Shown here: piece after piece, positions 55,418-64,000 of the stretch | Layout of the letters: every line of letters starts with the position of its first letter | Position numbering within the stretch: position 1 is the first letter of the stretch | Source of the DNA: the human T2T-CHM13v2.0 reference genome, Homo sapiens | Reading direction: 5' to 3' (one strand) | Assembly (NCBI RefSeq): GCF_009914755.1 | Contig: NC_060948.1 | Length of the DNA stretch: 64,000 nucleotides | Notes under the pieces: generated by a model | What the model was told of the DNA's origin: nothing | The model's database searches: none | What the model saw: only the letters and a program-made list of their open reading frames with translations | Program-made: the position numbers and the translations under genes

Positions 55418-58400
55418 GGCCTGGAATAAAGTGGAATGCTACGGTCTCGAATGGAATAAAAATGTATGGAATGGAATGCAATGAAACGGAATCGAATGTC
55501 ATAGAATGTAATGGAATGCAAAAAAATGGAATCCAAAATCATTGACTGGAAAGGCTGGGTGTCGAAAGGAATTGACTCCAATGGAATGGAATCGAATGGA
55601 ATGGAAGTGAATAGAATCGAACTAAATCGAATGGAATGGAATTGATAGGAACGGAATGGAAAGGAATGCAATGATTTGGCACGGAATGGAATCGAATGGC
55701 ATCGAATGGAATGGAATGGAATGCAATGGAATGGAATGCATTAGAATGTAATGAACTTTAATGGAATGTACTCGAATGGATTCGACTGGAATGGAATGTT
55801 CTGGAAGTGAATGGACTCCAATGGAATGGATTCCAAAGGAATGGAATCGTACGGAATGGAATCTAATGGAATGGAATTAAATGGAAATGAATCAAATTGA
55901 ATAGCACGGAATTGAATTGAATGGAATGGAATGCAATGGAATCTAATGAAACGGAAAGGAAAGGAATGGAATGGAATGGAATGGGCTGGAATGGAAAGGA
56001 ATCGAAACGAATGGAATGGAATCGAACTGAAGAGACTGGAATGGAATGCACTGGAATGGAAGGGAGTGTAATGGAAGGTTCTCGAAAAAAATGGAATCGA
56101 ATGGAATGGAATTGAATGGAACGGAATAGAGTCGAATGGAATTGAATGGAATGGAATGGACTAGAGTGAAATGGAATCGAACCACAAGGAATGGACAGGA
56201 ATAGAATGGTCTCGAATTGAATGGAATCGTATGGAATGGCATCAAACGGAATGGAATGGACAGCCACGGAATGGAATGCACTCGAATGCAATGGAGTCGA
56301 AACTAATGGACTGGAATAGAATGGACTCGACTGGTACGGACTCCAATGGAATGGAATCGAATGGAAGGGAATCGAACGGAATGGACTCGAAGGGAAAAGA
56401 CTGCAATGGAAAGGTCTCGAATGGAATGGAAATTAATGGAATGGAATGGAATCGAATGAAATGGAGTCAAAAGGAATGGAATCGAATGGCAAGAAATCGA
56501 ATGTAATGGAATCGCAAGGAATTGATGTGAGCGGAACGGAATGGAATGGAATCCAAAGGAATGGAATAGAATGGAATGGAATCGAATGGAAAGGACTTGA
56601 ATGGAAATCACTCGAATAGAATGCAATTTAATAAAATAGGATCAAATGTAATGGAATGGAATGGAAAGGAATCGAAACGAAAGGAATGGAGACAGATGGA
56701 ATGGAATGGAACAGAGAGCAATGGTATAGAATGGAATGGAATCATCTGGAATGGAATTGAATGGAATGGAATAATATGAAATGGAATGGAATGGAATGGA
56801 ATGGAATGCCCTTGAATTAAATGGACTGGAATGGAATGGACTCGAACAGAGTGGAATGGAAAGTGTTGAGATAGAATGGAATGGACTCCTTTGGAATGGT
56901 GTAGTATGCAATGCAATCGACTGGCAGGGAATCAAAAGGAATGTAATGGAAGGGATTGGACTGGAATGCAATGGACTCGAATAGATTGGAAACGGAATGC
57001 AAAGGAATGGAATGGAATAGTATGGAATGGAATGGAAAGGAATGGAGTGGAATAGACTAGAGTGGAATGGAATGGACTGGAAAGCAATGGACTGGAATGG
57101 AACTTTCTTGAATGGACTGGAATCAAACGGAATGGAATGCAATGCAATCAAATGGCATGGAATAAAATAGAATGAAAGAGAATCAAATGGAATTGAATCG
57201 AATGGAATCGAATGGATTGGAAAGGAATAGAATGGAATGGAATGGAATGGACTAGAATGGAATGGATTCGAATGGAAGGCAAAGGAATGGAATCTATTGG
57301 AATGGACTGTAATGGAATGGAATGGAAGGGATTGGAATGGATTCGAATGGAATGGACTGCAATAGAAAGGATTCGAATGGAATGAAAAAGAATTGAATGG
57401 AATAGAACAGAATGGAATCAAATCGAATGAAATGGAATGGAATAGAAAGGAATGGAATGAAATGGAATGGAAAGGATTCGAATGGAATGCAATCGAATGG
57501 AATGGAATCGAACGGAATGGAATAAAATGGAAGAAAACTGGCAAGAAATGGAATCGAAATGAATGGAGTGTTATGGAACGGACTCAAAAGGAATTGAATG
57601 TAATAGAATGGAGTGGAGTGGACTCGAATATAATGGACTGGAATGGAATGAAATCACATGGAATGGGAACGAATGGAATGGAATGGAAAGGAATGGAATC
57701 GAATGGAAAGGAATCGAATGGAAGGGAATGAAATTGAATCAACAGGAATGGAAGGGAATAGAATAGACGGTAATGGAATGGACTCGAATAGAATGGACAC
57801 GAATGCTCAAATTGAATGGACTCCAATGGAATGGAAACGAAAGGAATGTCATCGAATAGAATTGAATCGACTGGAATGAAATCGCAAGAATGGAGTGGAA
57901 TCAAATGGAATTGAATCGAAAGGAAAGGAAGCGAATGGACTGAAATGAAATGGAATGGAATTGAATGGAAAGTAATGCAATGGAATAGAATGGAACGAAA
58001 TTTCACGGAATGGAATCAAACTGAAAGGAATCAAATCAATGGAATCTAATCAAATGGAATGGAAGGGAATTGAATGGAGTAGATTGGATTGGATGGGATT
58101 GGAGTGAAATGTACTGGAAAGGACTCGAATTTCATGAAACGGAATGGAATGAATTGGAACGGAATGGACTCGAATGGAATGGAATGTCATGGAATGGCAT
58201 CAAATGGAATGGCATCAAATGGAATGGAATCGAATGCAATGGAATGCTATGGAATGGAATGGAATGCATTGGAATGGAATGTCCTCTAATGGAATGGATT
58301 CGAGTGGAATGGAATCGAATATAATGGAGTCGAATGAAATGGAATTGAAAGGAATGGGATCGAATACAATGGAATATGCTGGAATGTAATGTAATGAACT

Positions 58401-58960
58401 CGAATGTAATTGACTGGAATGGAATGTACATGAATGGAATGTAATCGAATGGAAAGTAATCCAATGGAATAGAATCTAATGCAATAAAATCGACTCAGAT
58501 AGAGTAGAATGTAATGGAATGGAGTGCAGTACAATGGAATGGAATGGAATGCAATGGAATGCAATGGAATGGAATGGAATGGAATGGGATGGAATGGGAT
58601 GGAATGGTATGGAGTGGATAGTAATGGACTGGAGTGAAATGGACTGGAAAGGAATGGACTCAAATTGAAAGGGCTCGAAAGGAATGGAGTGAAATGGAAT
58701 GGTCTGGAATGGAATGAACACGAATGTAATGCAATCCAATAGAATGGAATCGAATGGCATGGAATATAAAGAAATGGAATCGAAGAGAATGGAAACAAAT
58801 GGAATGGAATTGAATGGAATGGAATTGAATGGGATGGGAACGAATGGAGTGAAATTGTATGCAGTAGAAGGGAATAGAATGGAATGCAAGCGAAAGGAAA
58901 GGAATGGATTGGAATGGAATGGAATTCATTGGAATGGAAGGGAATGTAGTGTAATGGACA
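55418..58960 (+). repeat. DYZ1 unit, 3543 bp (variant set B)
   Basis: GGCC at 55418 and 58961. Confidence 0.9.
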
Positions 58961-61900
58961 GGCCTGGAATAAAGTGGAATGCTACGGTCTCGAATGGAAT
59001 AAAAATGTATGGAATGGAATGCAATGAAACGGAATCGAATGTCATAGAATGTAATGGAATGCAAAAAAATGGAATCCAAAATCATTGACTGGAAAGGCTG
59101 GGTGTCGAAAGGAATTGACTCCAATGATATGGAATCGAATGGAATGGAAGTGAATAGAATCGAACTAAATCGAATGGAATGGAATTGATAGGAACGGAAT
59201 GGAAAGGAATGCAATGAATTGGCATGGAATGGAATCGAATGGCATCGAATGGAATGGAATGGAATGCAATGGAATGGAATGTATTAGAATGTAATGAACT
59301 TTAATGGAATGTACTCGAATGGATTCGACTGGAATGGAATGTTCTGGAAGTGAATGGACTCCAATGGAATGGATTCAAAAGGAATGGAATCGTACGGAAT
59401 GGAATCTAATGGAATGGAATTAAATGGAAATGAATCAAATTGAATAGCACGGAATTGAATTGAATGGAATGGAATGCAATGGAATCTAATGAAACGGAAA
59501 GGAAAGGAATGGAATGGAATGGAATGGGCTGGAATGGAAAGGAATCGAAACGAATGGAATGGAATCGAACTGAAGAGACTGGAATGGAATGCACTGGAAT
59601 GGAAGGGAGTGTAATGGAAGGTTCTCGAAAAAAATGGAATCGAATGGAATGGAATTGAATGGAACGGAATAGAGTCGAATGGAATTGAATGGAATGGAAT
59701 GGACTAGAGTGAAATGGAATCGAACCACAAGGAATGGACAGGAATAGAATGGTCTCGAATTGAATGGAATCGTATGGAATGGCATCAAACGGAATGGAAT
59801 GGACAGCCACGGAATGGAATGCACTCGAATGCAATGGAGTCGAAACTAATGGACTGGAATAGAATGGACTCGACTGGTACGGACTCCAATGGAATGGAAT
59901 CGAATGGAAGGGAATCGAACGGAATGGACTCGAAGGGAAAAGACTGCAATGGAAAGGTCTCGAATGGAATGGAAATTAATGGAATGGAATGGAATCGAAT
60001 GAAATGGAGTCAAAAGGAATGGAATCGAATGGCAAGAAATCGAATGTAATGGAATCGCAAGGAATTGATGTGAATGGAGCGGAATGGAATGGAATCCAAA
60101 GGAATGGAATCGAATGGAAAGGACTCGAATGGAAATCACTCGAATAGAATGCAATTTAATAAAATAGGATCAAATGTAATGGAATGGAATGGAAAGGAAT
60201 CGAAACGAAAGGAATGGAGACAGATGGAATGGAATGGAACAGAGAGCAATGGTATAGAATGGAATGGAATCATCTGGAATGGAATTGAATGGAATGGAAT
60301 AATATGAAATGGAATGGAATGGAATGGAATGGAATGCCCTTGAATTAAATGGACTGGAATGGAATGGACTCGAACAGAGTGGAATGGAAAGTGTTGAGAT
60401 AGAATGGAATGGACTCCTTTGGAATGGTGTAGTATGCAATGCAATCGACTGGCAGGGAATCAAAAGGAATGTAATGGAATGGATTGGACTGGAATGCAAT
60501 GGACTCGAATAGATTGGAAACGGAATGCAAAGGAATGGAATGGAATAGTATGGAATGGAATGGAAAGGAATGGAGTGGAATAGACTAGAGTGGAATGGAA
60601 TGGACTGGAAAGCAATGGACTGGAATGGAACTTTCTTGAATGGACTGGAATCAAACGGAATGGAATGCAATGCAATCAAATGGCATGGAATAAAATAGAA
60701 TGAAAGAGAATCAAATGGAATTGAATCGAATGGAATCGAATGGATTGGAAAGGAATAGAATGGAATGGAATGGAATTGACTCAAATGGAATGGACTAGAA
60801 TGGAATGGATTCGAATGGAAGGCAAAGGAATGGAATCTATTGGAATGGACTGTAATGGAATGGAATGGAAAGGATTGGAATGGACTCGAATGGAATGGAC
60901 TGCAATAGAAAGGATTCGAATGGAATGAAAAAGAATTGAATGGAATAGAACAGAATGGAATCAAATCGAATGAAATGAAATGGAATAGAAAGGAATGGAA
61001 TGAAATGGAATGGAAAGGATTCGAATGGAATGCAATCGAATGGAATGGAATCGAACGGAATGGAATAAAATGGAAGAAAACTGGCAAGAAATGGAATCGA
61101 AATGAATGGAGTGTTATGGAACGGACTCAAAAGGAATTGAATGTAATAGAATGGAGTGGAGTGGACTCGAATATAATGGAATGGAATGGAATGAAATCAC
61201 AAGGAATGGGAACGAATGGAATGGAATGGAAAGGAATGGAATCGAATGGAAAGGAATCGAATGGAAGGGAATGAAATTGAATCAACAGGAATGGAAGGGA
61301 ATAGAATAGACGGTAATGGAATGGACTCGAATAGAATGGACACGAATGCTCAAATTGAATGGACTCGAATGGAATGGAAACGAAAGGAATGTCATCGAAT
61401 GGAATTGAATGGATTGGAATGAAATCGCATAGAATGGAGTGGAATCAAATGGAATTGAATCGAAAGGAAAGGAAGCGAATGGACTGAAATGAAATGGAAT
61501 GGAATTGAATGGAAAGTAATGCAATGGAATAGAATGGAACGAAATTTCACGGAATGGAATCAAACTGAATGGAATCAAATCAATGGAATCAAATCAAATG
61601 GAATGGAAAGGAATTGAATGGAGTAGATTGGATTGGATGGGATTGGAATGAAATGTACTGGAAAGGACTCGAATTTCATGAAACGGAATGGAATGAATTG
61701 GAACGGAATGGACTCGAATGGAATGGAATGTCATGGAATGGCATCAAATGGAATGGCATCAAATGGAATGGAATCGAATGCAATGGAATGCTATGGAATG
61801 GAATGGAATGCATTGGAATGGAATGTCCTCTAATGGAATGGATTCGAGTGGAATGGAATCGAATATAATGGAGTCGAATGAAATGGAATTGAAAGGAGTG

Positions 61901-62514
61901 GGATCGAATACAATGGAATATACTGGAATGTAATGTAATGAACTCGAATGTAATTGACTGGAATGGAATGTACATGAATGGAATGTAATCGAATGGAAAG
62001 TAATCCAATGGAATAGAATCTAATGCAATAAAACCGACTCAGATAGAGTAGAATGTAATGGAATGGAGTGCAGTGCAATGGAATGGAATGGAATGGAAGG
62101 CAATGGAATGGAATGGAATGGAATGGAATGGAATGGAATGGAATGGAATGGGATGGAATGGGATGGAATGGATAGTAATGGACTGGAGTGAAATGGACTG
62201 GAAAGGAATGGACTCAAATTGAAAGGGCTCGAAAGGAATGGAGTCAAATGGAATGGTCTGGAATGGAATGAACACGAATGTAATGCAATCCAATAGAATG
62301 GAATCGAATGGCATGGAATATAAAGAAATGGAATCGAAGAGAATGGAAACAAATGGAATGGAATTGAATGGAATGGAATTGAATGGAATGGGAACGAATG
62401 GAGTGAAATTGTATGCAGTAGAAGGGAATAGAATGGAATGCAAGCGAAAGGAAAGGAATGGATTGGAATGGAATGGAATTCATTGGAATGGAAGGGAATG
62501 TAGTGTAATGGACA
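58961..62514 (+). repeat. DYZ1 unit, 3554 bp (variant set A)
   Basis: GGCC at 58961 and 62515. Confidence 0.9.
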
Positions 62515-64000
62515 GGCCTGGAATAAAGTGGAATGCTACGGTCTCGAATGGAATAAAAATGTATGGAATGGAATGCAATGAAACGGAATCGAATGTCATA
62601 GAATGTAATGGAATGCAAAAAAATGGAATCCAAAATCATTGACTGGAAAGGCTGGGTGTCGAAAGGAATTGACTCCAATGGAATGGAATCGAATGGAATG
62701 GAAGTGAATAGAATCGAACTAAATCGAATGGAATGGAATTGATAGGAACGGAATGGAAAGGAATGCAATGATTTGGCATGGAATGGAATCGAATGGCATC
62801 GAATGGAATGGAATGGAATGCAATGGAATGGAATGTATTAGAATGTAATGAACTTTAATGGAATGTACTCGAATGGATTCGACTGGAATGGAATGTTCTG
62901 GAAGTGAATGGACTCCAATGGAATGGATTCAAAAGGAATGGAATCGTACGGAATGGAATCTAATGGAATGGAATTAAATGGAAATGAATCAAATTGAATA
63001 GCACGGAATTGAATTGAATGGAATGGAATGCAATGGAATCTAATGAAACGGAAAGGAAAGGAATGGAATGGAATGGAAAGGGCTGGAATGGAAAGGAATC
63101 GAAACGAATGGAATGGAATCGAACTGAAGAGACTGGAATGGAATGCACTGGAATGGAAGGGAGTGTAATGGAAGGTTCTCGAAAAAAATGGAATCGAATG
63201 GAATGGAATTGAATGGAACGGAATAGAGTCGAATGGAATTGAATGGAATGGAATGGACTAGAGTGAAATGGAATCGAACCACAAGGAATGGACAGGAATA
63301 GAATGGTCTCGAATTGAATGGAATCGTATGGAATGGCATCAAACGGAATGGAATGGACAGCCACGGAATGGAATGCACTCGAATGCAATGGAGTCGAAAC
63401 TAATGGACTGGAATAGAATGGACTCGACTGGTACGGACTCCAATGGAATGGAATCGAATGGAAGGGAATCGAACGGAATGGACTCGAAGGGAAAAGACTG
63501 CAATGGAAAGGTCTCGAATGGAATGGAAATTAATGGAATGGAATGGAATCGAATGAAATGGAGTCAAAAGGAATGGAATCGAATGGCAAGAAATCGAATG
63601 TAATGGAATCGCAAGGAATTGATGTGAACGGAACGGAATGGAATGGAATCCAAAGGAATGGAATAGAATGGAATGGAATCGAATGGAAAGGACTCGAATG
63701 GAAATCACTCGAATAGAATGCAATTTAATAAAATAGGATCAAATGTAATGGAATGGAATGGAAAGGAATCGAAACGAAAGGAATGGAGACAGATGGAATG
63801 GAATGGAACAGAGAGCAATGGTATAGAATGGAATGGAATCATCTGGAATGGAATTGAATGGAATGGAATAATATGAAATGGAATGGAATGGAATGGAATG
63901 GAATGCCCTTGAATTAAATGGACTGGAATGGAATGGACTCGAACAGAGTGGAATGGAAAGTGTTGAGATAGAATGGAATGGACTCCTTTGGAATGGTGTA
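62515..64000 (+). repeat. Partial DYZ1 unit at right window edge
   Basis: GGCC at 62515; sequence continues collinearly to the window end. Confidence 0.9.

Larger units (their letters stand above)
1..64000 (+). repeat. DYZ1: Human Satellite III (HSat3) array, DYZ1-type (Yq12 heterochromatin); ~18 tandem copies of a ~3.55 kb unit built from degenerate GGAAT pentamers
   Basis: Continuous GGAAT/CGAAT/GGACT/TGAAT pentamers. Unique landmarks (GGACAGGCCTGG, GAATTCATTGG, GCAATTTAATAAAATAGG, GAAGAAAACTGGCAAG, GAACCACAAGG) recur every 3523-3589 bp. One HaeIII site and one conserved EcoRI site per unit fit the classical 3.4 kb HaeIII / 3564 bp DYZ1 unit. The Yq12 assignment comes from recognising the family, not from an alignment. 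Confidence 0.96.

Noticed and set aside
6835-61087. Recurrent 270-305 aa minus-strand ORFs (e.g. 6835-7752, 13938-14855, 28098-29015) and all other six-frame ORFs
   Set aside because: (ATTCC)n and (GGAAT)n contain no stop codons, so long HSIPF- or MEWNG-type low-complexity ORFs arise by default. They have no domain content and are disrupted freely between copies.
1-64000. CRISPR-like repeat/spacer structure
   Set aside because: No constant repeat with unique spacers; whole units are tandemly duplicated eukaryotic satellite, and there are no cas genes.
1-64000. Alu/L1 insertion, DYZ2 (HSat1B) junction or strand inversion
   Set aside because: All inter-landmark distances are 3523-3589 bp, no CATTC-strand segment is present on +, and no non-pentamer sequence was seen.
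1-64000. Calling a specific ncRNA gene (DYZ1-derived testis or stress-induced Satellite III transcripts are reported)
   Set aside because: Transcript boundaries or a source copy cannot be assigned from sequence alone; it would need alignment of long-read RNA data to unit-specific variants.
1-64000. Alternative identity as HSat2 or the chr9 HSat3 array
   Set aside because: The sequence stays in near-continuous pentamer phase without the HSat2 CATTCGATTCCATTCGATGAT-type motif, and its ~3.56 kb unit with single HaeIII/EcoRI landmarks fits DYZ1.

Overview
The whole 64 kb window is one uninterrupted, single-orientation array of human Satellite III DNA, made of degenerate (GGAAT)n pentamers with the purine-rich strand on +. 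It is organised into about 18 tandem copies of a ~3.55 kb unit. Unit lengths between homologous GGCC landmarks are 3523-3589 bp, with one HaeIII site and one conserved EcoRI site per unit. This matches the DYZ1 repeat (HSat3, canonical 3564 bp unit) of Yq12 heterochromatin. I find no genes, RNA genes, transposon insertions or inversions; every ORF in the track is a translation artefact of the pentamer. I see no new gene-based system. The notable signals are: (i) three in-register perfect heat-shock elements per unit; (ii) a layered duplication history, with 1-unit duplications on the left, a 2-unit duplication and a nascent ~10.65-10.7 kb 3-unit higher-order repeat on the right; (iii) subfamily domains, mosaic units and a divergence gradient; (iv) pentamer-register shifts confined to ~1.1 kb of each unit; (v) two hypervariable pure-GGAAT tracts and recurrent 15-bp indels. 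All comparisons were made by eye, so breakpoints and counts are approximate.
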